Assembly: GCA_035519495.1 (NCBI GenBank)
Contig: DATIWE010000056.1
Span: 18,657-82,656 of the forward strand
DNA length: 64,000 nt
Direction: 5' to 3'
DNA from: Actinomycetota bacterium
GTDB taxonomy: Bacteria > Actinomycetota > UBA4738 > HRBIN12
Shown: piece by piece, positions 18,294 through 27,990 of the stretch
Layout: each line of letters begins with the position of its first letter
Numbering within the stretch: the first letter of the stretch is position 1
Made by a program: the position numbers and the translations under genes
The notes under the pieces: generated by a model
Told to the model about the DNA's origin: nothing
The model's database searches: none
Seen by the model: the letters and a program-made list of their open reading frames with translations, nothing else

Positions 18294-19232
18294 TCAGGGC
18301 ATCGTGATGACGCGCTTGCCCAGCGTGTGCTGGGCGGTGAAGTCCTCCAGCGCCTCGGCGGCACGCGCGAGCGGGTACGCCTGCTGGATCAGGGCGCGGA
18401 GCTTGCCGTCGGCGACCAGCGCGGCGAGCGGCGCCAGATGGGCTTCGTCGCTCCCGACGTTGGCCACGGTCACGCCGTCGAGCTCGGTCGCCTCGCCGGC
18501 GCCGCCGACCGCGGAGACGGCGCGGCCGCCGGGCCGGGCGAGCGCCGCGAGCGCTCCGAACGCACTCGGGTCGCGGTTCACGAAGTCCAGGACGGCGTCG
18601 ACCCCGTTCGGGTAGCGGCGCCGGATCTCCGCACCCAGGTCCTGCGTGTAGTCGACCACCTCGGCGGCGCCCAGCTCCGTCAGCGATGCCTCGTCACCGG
18701 GCCGGGCCGATGCCAGGACGCGCGCGCCGTCCAACGCCGCCAGCTGGACCGCGAACGTGCCGACGCCGCCGGTCGCGCCGACGACGAGTACCGTCGCCCC
18801 CTGCGTGAGCTCCAGGGCATCGATCGCGCTCTTCGCCGTGGTCCCGGCCACGCCGAGGGATCCGGCCTGCTCGTCGTTCACGTTGCCGGGCGTGATGGCG
18901 AGCGCGGCGGCCTGTGGCGTCGCGCGCTCACCGAACGACCCGTCGTGGATCGCGGGTTTGTTGCCCATCCTGCCGAACACCCGGTCGCCCTCCGCGAGTC
19001 GGTCGACGCCCTCCCCCGCGCGCTCGACGACCCCGGCAACATCCATCCCGATCACCGCGGGGAACCCGTACGGGAGGTAATCCTTCATCATCCCCATGGC
19101 CACGGCGACGTCGTAGGCGTTCACCGAGGCGGCGAGCACGCGGACGAGCACCTCGCCGGGGCCCGGCTCCGGCACCGGGACGTCGATCACCGCCGCCCGT
19201 GTGTCGAACCCCTGGAGCGCCAGCGCCTTCAT
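18294..19232 (-). CDS. NADP-dependent zinc-binding (MDR) oxidoreductase
   Basis: MKALALQGF... with a GroES-like N-domain and the Rossmann motif VLVVGATGGVGTFAVQLA. AGGACGG precedes the ATG at 19232. The track ORF extends to 19331. Confidence 0.75.
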   Translation of the reverse strand: MKALALQGFDTRAAVIDVPVPEPGPGEVLVRVLAASVNAYDVAVAMGMMKDYLPYGFPAVIGMDVAGVVERAGEGVDRLAEGDRVFGRMGNKPAIHDGSFGERATPQAAALAITPGNVNDEQAGSLGVAGTTAKSAIDALELTQGATVLVVGATGGVGTFAVQLAALDGARVLASARPGDEASLTELGAAEVVDYTQDLGAEIRRRYPNGVDAVLDFVNRDPSAFGALAALARPGGRAVSAVGGAGEATELDGVTVANVGSDEAHLAPLAALVADGKLRALIQQAYPLARAAEALEDFTAQHTLGKRVITMP

Positions 19233-19369
19233 CGTTCCGTCCTGCGGCATCCTCGTCCCCTCTCGGTCGGAGAAGGTTCGGACGCGCGACGTCCCGGTTC
19301 TATTCCTCAGTGGCCCAGCATGGAAAGTCAACTTGACACTTCGGCCGATGGAAAGCTACCTTTACCTCC

Positions 19370-19573
19370 GTGCGGAACCGGGTCCGAGAGCTGCGGACGC
19401 AGGTGGGGATGACGCAGGCCAACCTGGGCGATGCGCTCGGCGTGTCGCGGCAGACGATCAACTCGATCGAGGCCGGCCGATACCTGCCCTCGCTGCCGCT
19501 CGCCCTGAAGATAGGGCGACTGTTCGGCTCCCCGGTGCACGAGATCTTCGAGATGGACGAGGAGGACGGGTGA
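19370..19573 (+). CDS. XRE-family HTH transcriptional regulator (Cro/C1-type)
   Basis: 67 aa with a GTG start: (M)RNRVRELRTQVGMTQANLGDALGVSRQTINSIEAGRYLPSLPLALKIGRLF. Confidence 0.8.
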   Translation: MRNRVRELRTQVGMTQANLGDALGVSRQTINSIEAGRYLPSLPLALKIGRLFGSPVHEIFEMDEEDG

Positions 19574-19968
19574 TGCGCGGGACGAAGAACGGCCATCGGG
19601 GCTCGTCGGCGGCGATCCTGCTGGTCGGAGGCGGGGCCGTCGCCGTCGCGGCGTGGGCCGGCGGGCATCCGGGCGTCGCGGCGATCGTCGTCGGCGCGTA
19701 CGTGGTGCTCGCCGCGATCGCGTTCGTGTGGTCGGGCGGCAGCGGCGACGTCGCGGCGATCCTGCGCGGCGGGTCCGATGAGCGGCAGCGCGCGATCGAC
19801 CTGCGGGCGACCGCGGCCGCCGGCTCGGTGACCGCGCTCTTCACGGTGATCGCCGCGATCGTGAACATCGCGCGGACCGGCGGCGATCCCGGCGCGTACG
19901 GCGCTGTGTGCGTCGTGTTCGGGATCAGCTACGGCGTGGCGCTGGCGGTCGTGCGCCGCCGAGCCTGA
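19573..19968 (+). CDS. small membrane protein (3-4 TM) coupled to XRE regulator
   Basis: GGAGGACGG SD. The ATG overlaps the regulator stop (TGATG). The protein is hydrophobic and Ala/Val/Gly-rich. Confidence 0.6.
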   Translation: MRGTKNGHRGSSAAILLVGGGAVAVAAWAGGHPGVAAIVVGAYVVLAAIAFVWSGGSGDVAAILRGGSDERQRAIDLRATAAAGSVTALFTVIAAIVNIARTGGDPGAYGAVCVVFGISYGVALAVVRRRA

Positions 19969-19975
19969 GCGCGCG

Positions 19976-20932
19976 ATGCTGGATCCGCTCGATGCCCCTC
20001 GGATCGCCGATCGCTACGCGCTCGGTCCCGACGGCGTCCTCGAAGGCCCCGAAGCTCGAGGAGAGCTCGGGCAGGTGTGGCGGCTCCGGACCGCACGGGG
20101 GGCGTGGGCCGTCAAGGAACCCTTCGAGGCGTCGGTGGAAGCCGACGCGCGGGAGGACGCCGACTTCGAGCGCGCGGCGCGGGCCGCCGGCGTCCCCACG
20201 CCCGCGGTGATCCGCACCATCGACGGCGCCGTGCTCCTGGATCTGCCGACCGCGCAGGTCCGGGTGTTCGAATGGGTGGATCTGCGCGAGCGCGACGAAG
20301 GACTCGACCCGACGCTCGTCGGCCAGCTAACCGCGGCGATCCACCAGGTGCCCTTCGAGGGCACGAGGCCGGTCGACCCGTGGTACCGCGAGCCGGTCGG
20401 CGCCGATCGATGGGACGAGCTCGTCGAGGACCTGACCGGTCGCGGCGCTTCGTTCGCGCCCGATCTCGCCTCACTGCGCGACGAGCTCGTCGCGCTCGAG
20501 ACCCTGCTGGAGCCCGAACGCGCGCTTCGGACCTGCCACCGGGACCTGTGGGCCGACAACGTCCGGGCCACGACCACCGGCGAGCTGTGCGTCATCGACT
20601 GGGACAACTTCGGCCTCGCCGACCCGAGCCAGGAGCTTGCGCTGGTGCTGTTCGAGTTCGGCGCCGGGAACCCCGCCCGCGCCGCCTCGCTGCACGCCGC
20701 CTACCGGGAGGCGGGCGGTCCGGGCCGGCTCGAGGCGCCGGGGAGCTTCTCGATGGTCATCGCGCAGCTGGGCCACATCGGTGAGCTGGCATGCCGTCGA
20801 TGGCTGGATCCGAACGCCACCGAAGCCGACCGCGCCCGCGCGGTGGGACGTGCCGAGGAGTTCACGACGCGGCCGCTGACGCGCGCGACGATCGACGAAC
20901 TGCTGGACGCCGTCGGCGACCGAGCGACCTAG
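19976..20932 (+). CDS. aminoglycoside/antibiotic phosphotransferase (APH/protein-kinase-like) family protein
   Basis: The Brenner catalytic motif is CHRDLWADNV and the Mg-binding motif is VIDWDNFG. Confidence 0.75.
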   Translation: MLDPLDAPRIADRYALGPDGVLEGPEARGELGQVWRLRTARGAWAVKEPFEASVEADAREDADFERAARAAGVPTPAVIRTIDGAVLLDLPTAQVRVFEWVDLRERDEGLDPTLVGQLTAAIHQVPFEGTRPVDPWYREPVGADRWDELVEDLTGRGASFAPDLASLRDELVALETLLEPERALRTCHRDLWADNVRATTTGELCVIDWDNFGLADPSQELALVLFEFGAGNPARAASLHAAYREAGGPGRLEAPGSFSMVIAQLGHIGELACRRWLDPNATEADRARAVGRAEEFTTRPLTRATIDELLDAVGDRAT

Positions 20933-21468
20933 GTCTCGGCGGGCTCATCGACGACCCGACCGTCCTGCCAGCCGAAGTCCCACACGTCGATCGACGGCGG
21001 CTCGATGCCGAGCGCCGTCAGACCGGTGCAGATCTGGCTGCGATGGTCCGTGCCGTGGTGCAGCACCTGGGCGAGCCGGATGCTGACGGGGGCGCGCGTG
21101 CGCGAACCGTCGGCGTGGACCGCCACGACCTCGTGGTTCGGATCGGGGTCGGCGGCGAGCACCGTGGACCACTCGCCGGCGTTGCGCTCCATCACCGCGC
21201 GGAGCTGCGCCAGATCCATCGTGTCCTCGTCGATGTTCGAGACCCGGCCGTCGGTGAGGCGGAACAGGTAGGAGGCGTCGGCGCCGACCAGATGCCGCAT
21301 CGTGTCGAGGATCGACCCGTAGGTGCCCGGCGCCGGAGCGGCCAGCTGCTCGGGCGTGAGCGCCGAACACACGTCCAGCAGGGTGAGGGTCGCCCAAACG
21401 TGATGCCCGAACGCGTCGTCCAGCGTGGATCGGCTCACGGCGCGCACTCTACCGACGCGGGCGGACAC
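20929..21468 (-). CDS. DinB/mycothiol-dependent maleylpyruvate isomerase N-terminal-like protein
   Basis: About 179 aa with conserved His residues (HHVWATLTL ... MRHLVGAD ... HHGTDH) typical of the DinB_2 four-helix bundle. Confidence 0.55.
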   Translation of the reverse strand: MSARVGRVRAVSRSTLDDAFGHHVWATLTLLDVCSALTPEQLAAPAPGTYGSILDTMRHLVGADASYLFRLTDGRVSNIDEDTMDLAQLRAVMERNAGEWSTVLAADPDPNHEVVAVHADGSRTRAPVSIRLAQVLHHGTDHRSQICTGLTALGIEPPSIDVWDFGWQDGRVVDEPAET

Positions 21469-21490
21469 GCGGACGCGCGCGGCTTATCGC

Positions 21491-22624
21491 TCAGACGGCG
21501 CGGAGCGGCGCGGCTTCCGGCACGTGCTCGACCTGGCCGGGCAGCGTGACCACGAACCGAGCCCCGCCGCCGTCGCGATCTTCGACGTGGGCGTCGCCGC
21601 CGTGCAGGCGGGCGAACCGGTACACGAGCGACAGACCGATGCCGACGCCGCCGCGCGCGCTCTCCCCCTGCCGGAACGGCTCGAAGATCGCGTCCTTCAT
21701 CTCGTTCGGCACGCCCGGGCCTTCGTCTTCGACGACCAGCGTGACCCCGTCAGGCCGCTCGTTGACCAAGACGCGGACGGGCGTCCCCTGCGGGGTGTGC
21801 CGCGCCGCGTTGTTCAGCAGGTTCTCGACGATCCGTTCGACCTTCGCGGGGTCGATGTCGACCATCACCGGGTCGCTCTCGACACGGACCGGGTGCCCCG
21901 CGAGCGGCGCCAGCTCCATGGAGATCCGGTCGGCGAGCGCCCCGACATCGGTGAGGGCGCGTTCGGGCTGGAGTTGGCCACGACGGAGGCGATCGAGGTC
22001 GAGGAGGTCGTCCACGAGCCGCGCGGCCTTGCGCCCCGCCTGCTCGATCACGCCGTACAGGTCCTCCATCTCGACCTCGGTGAGGTTGAGCTTCTCGGCG
22101 CGGCGGATCGTCTGCATCGCCCCGAGGATCCCCGCGAGCGGACCCTTCAGGTCGTGCGAGACCGCGTGGAGCAACGTGTTCTTGATGTCGTTCTGGTTCC
22201 GGAGGTCATCGGAGACCTCCGTCTCCTCTTCGATCTGCATCCGCTGGCGGCGGACGGTGCCGCGGAGCGCCGAGAGGATCCACACGACGAACGCGAGGAC
22301 CGCGAACCATACGACGGCGTTCCACGACGGCACGAGCACGCTACCGTCCTGGGCGTTCGCGTCGGCCAGGCGCGTCGCGACGGCCGAGAGCCCCGCGATC
22401 GTGAGCCCCCACGCGCGGCCAGCGTTCCACGTCACGAGCGCCACCGGCATCAGGTAGAACGGCGCCAGCGAGGCGCCCTGGCCCGTGAGGTGGTCGACCA
22501 CGCCGACCGCGATCACGAAGCAGACCGCGACCACGATGCAGGGGGCTTTCGGGGCGCCGCCGAGGAACGCTTCGAGGGGAAGCGCCCGAGCCGCGCCGGA
22601 GCCACCACGGGTATCCGAACCCAT
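21491..22624 (-). CDS. sensor histidine kinase (membrane-embedded sensor, orphan)
   Basis: It has four or more N-terminal TM helices. The H-box is LLHAVSHDLKGPL. The ATPase N/G boxes are LLNNAARHT ... DEGPGVP ... GGVGIGLSL. No cognate response regulator is adjacent. Confidence 0.8.
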   Translation of the reverse strand: MGSDTRGGSGAARALPLEAFLGGAPKAPCIVVAVCFVIAVGVVDHLTGQGASLAPFYLMPVALVTWNAGRAWGLTIAGLSAVATRLADANAQDGSVLVPSWNAVVWFAVLAFVVWILSALRGTVRRQRMQIEEETEVSDDLRNQNDIKNTLLHAVSHDLKGPLAGILGAMQTIRRAEKLNLTEVEMEDLYGVIEQAGRKAARLVDDLLDLDRLRRGQLQPERALTDVGALADRISMELAPLAGHPVRVESDPVMVDIDPAKVERIVENLLNNAARHTPQGTPVRVLVNERPDGVTLVVEDEGPGVPNEMKDAIFEPFRQGESARGGVGIGLSLVYRFARLHGGDAHVEDRDGGGARFVVTLPGQVEHVPEAAPLRAV

Positions 22625-22681
22625 GGTGGAGTCCTCGGCCCCCGGCCGACCTACCTTGAGTTCGGTAGGCCGGACCGGGAC

Positions 22682-23299
22682 CTAGGTCGGGGTCGGACCC
22701 GCTTCCAGGGCCGCCCGGAGGGCCCGGAACGCCTTGCCCCGGTGACTGATCCGGTCCTTCTCCTCCGGCGTCAGCTCGGCCATCGTCCGGTCCCAGCCGG
22801 CGGGCACGAAGATCGGGTCATAGCCGAACCCGCCGTCGCCCCGAGGGTCCTTCCGGAGGGTCCCTTCGCAGATCGCCTCGGCGTCTGCCTCGGTCCCGTC
22901 CGGGAGCGCGAGCACCGCCGCGCACCGATATCGAGCCGTCCGGCCGCCCGCGGGGATGCCGCGGACCGCACGGATCAGTTCCTGAAGGTTGCGTTGGTCG
23001 GAGGCGCCCTCGCCCGCGTACCGCGCGCTCCGGACGCCCGGCTTGCCGCCCAGGGCGTCCACCTCGATACCGGAGTCGTCCGAGACGGCAGGGAGGCCGA
23101 GCGCGGCGGCCACCGCGCGTGCCTTCAATGCCGCGTTCTCCCGGTACGTGGCCCCGGTCTCCTCGACGTCGGGGAACGCGGCCGGATCGGCGTTCGCGAC
23201 GCTCACCCACGTCACCGGCCAGTCGCCGCAGATCCTGGCCAGCTCGCGGAGCTTGTGGGGGTTCCGGGTCGCGATCGCGATCGTGTCCGGCAGGGTCAT
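22682..23299 (-). CDS. rdgB: non-canonical purine NTP pyrophosphatase RdgB/HAM1
   Basis: MTLPDTIAIATRNPHKLRE ... FGYDPIF. The track ORF N-terminal extension was rejected. Confidence 0.85.
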   Translation of the reverse strand: MTLPDTIAIATRNPHKLRELARICGDWPVTWVSVANADPAAFPDVEETGATYRENAALKARAVAAALGLPAVSDDSGIEVDALGGKPGVRSARYAGEGASDQRNLQELIRAVRGIPAGGRTARYRCAAVLALPDGTEADAEAICEGTLRKDPRGDGGFGYDPIFVPAGWDRTMAELTPEEKDRISHRGKAFRALRAALEAGPTPT

Positions 23300-23306
23300 C
23301 CGGACC

Positions 23307-24026
23307 TCAGCCGGCGAGGGCGTCGCGCTGCACCTTCGTGAGCGCGGCGATGCCGTCGCCGGCCAGATCGAGGATGGCATCGAGTTGGCTGCGCGAGAAG
23401 GGCTCGCCTTCGGCCGTCCCCTGCACCTCGACGAGCGCGCCGGAGCCGGTCATGACGACGTTGAAATCCACCTCGGCCTTCGCGTCCTCCTCGTAGCACA
23501 GATCCAGCAGCGACTCGCCGTCGACGATCCCGACCGACACGGCGGCCACCGAGTCGGTCAGCAGATCGTCCGGCGTGGCGCCGGCGGCGCTCATCTTCCG
23601 AAGTGCGAGCGCGAGCGCGATGTACCCGCCGGTGATCGACGCGGTCCGTGTGCCGGCGTCCGCCTGCAGGACGTCGCAGTCGATCGTGATCATGCGCTCC
23701 CCCAGGCGCGGCAGGTCGGTCACGCTCCGGAGCGCGCGGCCGATCAGCCGCTGGATCTCCTGCGTCCGCCCGCCCGGACGACCGCGGTTCACCTCGCGCT
23801 GGGATCGTTCGCTCGTGGAGGCCGGCAACATCGAGTACTCGCCGGTCACCCATCCCTTGCCGGTCCCGCGGAGCCACCGCGGCGTCTCTTCGGCGATCGA
23901 GGCCGCGCACAGCACGCGCGTTCTGCCCATCGAGAACAGGACCGAGCCGTCGGCCCACTCCTGGAAGCCGAGCTCGAACGACACGGGACGGAGGTCGTCC
24001 GCGGCCCGGCCGTCGGACCGCGTCAC
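23307..24026 (-). CDS. rph: ribonuclease PH
   Basis: GTG start (V)[14 protein letters not shown]. RNase PH blocks [26 protein letters not shown] are present. Confidence 0.85.
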   Translation of the reverse strand: MTRSDGRAADDLRPVSFELGFQEWADGSVLFSMGRTRVLCAASIAEETPRWLRGTGKGWVTGEYSMLPASTSERSQREVNRGRPGGRTQEIQRLIGRALRSVTDLPRLGERMITIDCDVLQADAGTRTASITGGYIALALALRKMSAAGATPDDLLTDSVAAVSVGIVDGESLLDLCYEEDAKAEVDFNVVMTGSGALVEVQGTAEGEPFSRSQLDAILDLAGDGIAALTKVQRDALAG

Positions 24027-24771
24027 GAACGGACCTCGATCGACCCGCCCGGCACCGCGATCTCCACCGTACCGAACACCGCGGCCGCCTCGTCCAGCGA
24101 CACGTCGGGATCGAGGTCGGGCGTGATGTGCGTCAGCATCAGGCGCCCCGCGTCCGCCCTCGCCGCGTGCTGCGCAGCCTGCGCGGCGCTCAGATGGAAG
24201 TACGTCAGGTTCGACGCGTTCTGGTACGTGGCCTCGCAGAGGTAGAGGTCGGCGCCGCGCGCGAGCTCGACGGCCTCCTCGCACGGGCCCGTGTCGCCGC
24301 TGTAGGCGAGCACGACGCCGCCGGCCTCGATCCGGTACCCCAGCGAGTACACGCCGATGTGCGTCATCTCGAACGGCGTCACGAGGAACGGACCCACCTC
24401 GAAGGGCTGCGCGCGCTCGGCCGTGGTGAAGGCGTAGGCCTCGCTCATCACGTTGCGGCCGTTCTCGGAGACCAGGAGCGCGACCTGATCCGTGAACCCC
24501 TCCGGCGAGTACAGCGGCAGGCCGGGATCGCCCTTGCCACCGTAGTGCCGCGCGTAGAACGCCGGGATGATGTCGAGGAAGTGGTCGGCGTGACCGTGGG
24601 TGATCAGCATCGCGTCGACCTGGTCGACCTTGAGGTGCTCCTGGAGGCGCGCGAAGGTCCCGGTTCCGGCGTCGAGCCAGATGTGGTAGCCGTCCTGCGC
24701 GACCAGGTACCCGGAGCACTCGCCGTCGGCGCCCGGCCACGTGCCCTGCGCCCCCAGCACGGTCAGCTTCA
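24023..24771 (-). CDS. MBL-fold metallo-hydrolase (Rv1339-like)
   Basis: [10 protein letters not shown] ... ITHGHADHF. It overlaps the rph start and the murI stop and occupies a conserved position between murI and rph. Confidence 0.8.
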
Positions 24772-25578
24772 TCGGCGCGCCCCCACCTCGATGTGCACCG
24801 GCTCGACGTCGCCGATGCCGCGCCCCAGGAACAGCTCGGCCAGGTCGCGGAAGCGCTCCGCATCGCCGGTCGTGCCGAACGCACACACGGGCGGATAGGG
24901 GTCCTCTCGGAGATGATGGCTCCGCCGGAGCTCGGCCTCCACGTCCTTCGCGGTCTCCTCCGCGGACGATACGAGCACCACGTCGGGCCCCAGCTCCGAG
25001 TGGAGCAGCCCGGACAGCAGCGGGTAGTGCGTGCAGCCGAGGATCAACGTGTCGATGCCCCCTTCTCTCAGCGGAGCAAGATACTCCCGCGCGGCCATCC
25101 GTAGCTCGTCGGAAGTCGTATCGCCCCGCTCCACGTGCTCGACGAACACCGGGCACGCGGCCACGTGCAGCTCCACGGCGGAGCCGATGGCGCGCTGGTA
25201 CGCACCCGTTCCGATCGTCGCGACGGTGCCGATCACCCCGACGACCCCCGAGCGGGTGGCGCGGGCGGCCGCCCGCGCGCCCGGGTTGATCACCCCGATG
25301 ACCGGAACCCCATGCGCCGCGGCGATGTCGCCGATCGCCGAGACCTCGATCGAATTGCAGGCCACGACGAGGAGCTTCACGTCGCGCTCGACCAGGTACG
25401 CGGCGATGTCGAGCGCGTAGCCCCTGATCTCCTCGACCGGTTTGGGACCGTAGGGGAAGTGCGCCGAATCGCCGACGTACAGGAGAGATTCGTTCGGTAG
25501 CCGGTCCAGCACGGCCCGGGCGACCGTCAGCCCGCCGACCCCGGAGTCGAAGATGCCGATCGGGCGGCTATCGGACAC
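24769..25578 (-). CDS. murI: glutamate racemase
   Basis: [13 protein letters not shown] ... VVACNS ... GCTHYPLL are canonical MurI motifs with two catalytic Cys. Confidence 0.9.
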   Translation of the reverse strand: MSDSRPIGIFDSGVGGLTVARAVLDRLPNESLLYVGDSAHFPYGPKPVEEIRGYALDIAAYLVERDVKLLVVACNSIEVSAIGDIAAAHGVPVIGVINPGARAAARATRSGVVGVIGTVATIGTGAYQRAIGSAVELHVAACPVFVEHVERGDTTSDELRMAAREYLAPLREGGIDTLILGCTHYPLLSGLLHSELGPDVVLVSSAEETAKDVEAELRRSHHLREDPYPPVCAFGTTGDAERFRDLAELFLGRGIGDVEPVHIEVGARR

Positions 25579-25581
25579 CGA

Positions 25582-26514
25582 CTACCACCACAACGACTCC
25601 TCGACGCCGCGCTCCGCCTTCGTGAGGTCCTCGGCCCAGGCCTGGGTCGACAGGTACTTCCATCCGCCGTCGGGCAGCAGGCAGACGATGTCGGCCTGCT
25701 CCACCTCCTGGGCGACGCGCTGGGCGACGTGGATCACGGCGCCGCTGCTGATCCCGGCGAAGATCCCCTCGCGCGCCGTCAGCTCGCGCGTGGCCCGCAG
25801 CGAGTCCGCCGAGTTGACCAGGAATTTCCGGTCGATCTGCGCCGGATCGAAGATCGGCGGGATGAAGCCGTCGTCCAGCGACCGGAGCCCGTACACCAGG
25901 TCGCCCAGCTCGGGCTCCGCGGCGATGATCTTCACGTTCGGGTCGTGCGCGTGCAGTCCTCGGCCGGTGCCGGTCAAGGTGCCGCCGGTGCCCATGCCGG
26001 CGACGAAGTGCGTCACGGTCGGCAGGTCGCGGATGATCTCCTGCGCCGTCCCCCGCTCGTGCGCGCCCGGGTTCGCGGGGTTCCCGTATTGGAACGGCAT
26101 GTAGTAGCGCTCGTCGTTCGCGAGGGCGCGCGCCACTTCGATCGACCCGTTCGTGCCCTTCGCACCGTCGGAGAAGACGATCTCCGCGCCGAAGAGCCGG
26201 AGCAGGACGATGCGCTCCTCGCTGGCGTTGTCGGGGATCACGACCGTGAGCGCGTACCCCTTCCGGCGGCTCACCATCGCGAGCGCGATGCCCGTGTTGC
26301 CCGACGTCGGTTCCAGGATGGTCTTGTCCGCCGTGAGCTCGCCGCTGGCTTCGGCGGCCTCCACCATCGCCAGCGCGATCCGGTCCTTCGTGGAGCCGGT
26401 CGGGTTCTGCCCTTCGAGCTTCGCCCACAGCCGAACGGACGGCGAAGGCGACAGCCGAGGGATGCCGACCAGCGGCGTGTCGCCGATCGCATCGAGGATC
26501 GAGTCGAAGCGCAC
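25582..26514 (-). CDS. cysM: cysteine synthase (PLP-dependent). Synteny suggests the CysO-thiocarboxylate-dependent CysM type
   Basis: The PLP lysine lies in NPTGSTKDRIAL. The glycine-rich loop is GTGGT. Gene order matches M. tuberculosis cysM (Rv1336). Confidence 0.8.
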   Translation of the reverse strand: MRFDSILDAIGDTPLVGIPRLSPSPSVRLWAKLEGQNPTGSTKDRIALAMVEAAEASGELTADKTILEPTSGNTGIALAMVSRRKGYALTVVIPDNASEERIVLLRLFGAEIVFSDGAKGTNGSIEVARALANDERYYMPFQYGNPANPGAHERGTAQEIIRDLPTVTHFVAGMGTGGTLTGTGRGLHAHDPNVKIIAAEPELGDLVYGLRSLDDGFIPPIFDPAQIDRKFLVNSADSLRATRELTAREGIFAGISSGAVIHVAQRVAQEVEQADIVCLLPDGGWKYLSTQAWAEDLTKAERGVEESLWW

Positions 26515-26553
26515 GAGAACGGAGTATCCCAGCGCGAGGGGGCCGGGACCCGC

Positions 26554-26964
26554 TCATCCCATGACCCACCACGGGCCGAGTCCCTGCTCGCCGGGGTTCG
26601 GTGCGTCCTCGAACAGGAGCCTCGTGGCCCGATGCCCGGCGTTCGTGAGCATCCACATCTTCGTCGCGCCGCGCGCCCGCGCACCCGCGACGAACGCGCC
26701 CAACAGCTCCTTGCCCACGCCGTGCTCGCGGACGGCCTCCGCGACCTCGAGACCGCAGAGGAGATCGGACGGCCCGCCCACCGGCTGCGGCAGCTCGAAG
26801 CCCCACGCGAACCCCACGACCGTCTCGCCGTCGAGCGCCACGAACGCGAGCGATCGGGGGTCGGCGAGGAACGCGGGATCGGTCTGCAACTCGAAACCGT
26901 GGAACGCCCGCACCGCCGCATCCATCACGGCGCCGTCGCGCGCGCCGAGTCGACGGATCTCCAT
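26554..26964 (-). CDS. GNAT family N-acetyltransferase
   Basis: The start is MEIRRLGARD. The acetyl-CoA-binding motif is REHGVGKELLGAFVAGARARG. Confidence 0.65.
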   Translation of the reverse strand: MEIRRLGARDGAVMDAAVRAFHGFELQTDPAFLADPRSLAFVALDGETVVGFAWGFELPQPVGGPSDLLCGLEVAEAVREHGVGKELLGAFVAGARARGATKMWMLTNAGHRATRLLFEDAPNPGEQGLGPWWVMG

Positions 26965-27008
26965 CCGCCGAGCTTGACCCACCCGGGCGCCGCCGTCACG
27001 GTTGGCCG

Positions 27009-27401
27009 GTGAGCCAGCTCCCCGGTGAGCCTCGAGAGCAGATGGACGCCCTGATGCGGCTGCTGCTGGCGTACGCGCGCGCCGCGGTGGCGGCCGACGA
27101 CGGCTTCGCGCCGTTCGGCGCGTCGATGGCCCCCGACGGCGAGCTCGAGACCTCCTCGGCCGAGGAGCTGGATGTCCTGCGCGACGAGCTCCGCGGACGC
27201 GCCGATCGCGGCGAGCTCCTGGCGGTGGGCGTGTGCACCGACGTCGTGGTCGACGTTCCGGCGTCGCGGGCGATCCGGGTCGAGCTGGAGCATCGGGACG
27301 CGGAGCCGCTCACCTGCGTGCTCCCTTTCCGCCTGGGCGAGGAACGCCCCGCGTGGGGGGAACTCACGTCGATGCCCGGCGAGCGCCGGACCTGGGACTG
27401 A
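27009..27401 (+). CDS. hypothetical protein (130 aa) upstream of ECF sigma factor
   Basis: ORF with an acidic central region. No recognisable domains. Coding potential is supported by codon bias only. Confidence 0.4.
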   Translation: MSQLPGEPREQMDALMRLLLAYARAAVAADDGFAPFGASMAPDGELETSSAEELDVLRDELRGRADRGELLAVGVCTDVVVDVPASRAIRVELEHRDAEPLTCVLPFRLGEERPAWGELTSMPGERRTWD

Positions 27402-27453
27402 CGCGACCCGGCACCTCTACAGATTCCGGCCGCCCCGGGCGTTGGAAGAGACG

Positions 27454-27990
27454 ATGGAAGAAGTCGCCCATGTGGACGAGTTGATCGCGGAGAGCCGAGC
27501 GTTGTCGGGGCCCGCGCAGCCGTTCGAGGAGTTCTTCATCCGAGAGATGGACCGGCTCCAGCGGGCGCTGGTCCTGATCACGGGGAGCCGCTCCGACGCC
27601 GAGGACATCGCCCAGGAGTCCTTCATGCGGGTCTTCGCGCGCTGGGACGAGGTCGGCACGATGGACCAGCCGGCCGGCTACCTGCATCGGGTCGCGATGA
27701 ACCTGTTCCGCAGCCGGTACCGCCGGGCCGTCCGTGAGCTGAAGCGAACGACCGGGATGGTCGACCGGCACGACGACGGTCTCGGACCGGTCGAGGATCG
27801 GGACGAGGCCGGGCGGATCCTCGCCGAGCTCACGCCGCGGCAACGAGCCGCGCTCGTGCTGACGGAGGCGTTCGGCTATTCGGGCGAGGAAGCCGCAGAG
27901 CTCCTCGGCGTGAAGCCCTCGACCGTGTACGCCCTCACCCACCAGGCCAGGCGCGCCCTGGCCGGGATCGCCGGAGGGATCGATGCCTGA
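27454..27990 (+). CDS. ECF (sigma-70 family) RNA polymerase sigma factor
   Basis: Region 2 is DAEDIAQESFMRVFARWDEV ... YLHRVAMNLFRSRYRR. Region 4 is LTPRQRAALVLTEAFGYSGEEAAELLGVKPSTV. GGAAGAG precedes the ATG at 27454. Confidence 0.85.
   Translation: MEEVAHVDELIAESRALSGPAQPFEEFFIREMDRLQRALVLITGSRSDAEDIAQESFMRVFARWDEVGTMDQPAGYLHRVAMNLFRSRYRRAVRELKRTTGMVDRHDDGLGPVEDRDEAGRILAELTPRQRAALVLTEAFGYSGEEAAELLGVKPSTVYALTHQARRALAGIAGGIDA

Noticed and set aside
17307-19412. 701-aa plus-strand ORF spanning SDR and MDR genes
   Set aside because: It is antisense to two well-supported oxidoreductase genes and has a low-complexity translation.
19370-19968. Possible toxin-antitoxin pair (XRE + small protein)
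   Set aside because: The partner is a polytopic membrane protein, not a recognisable toxin fold such as HipA, RelE or a zinc metalloprotease. It is better described as a regulator-membrane protein pair.
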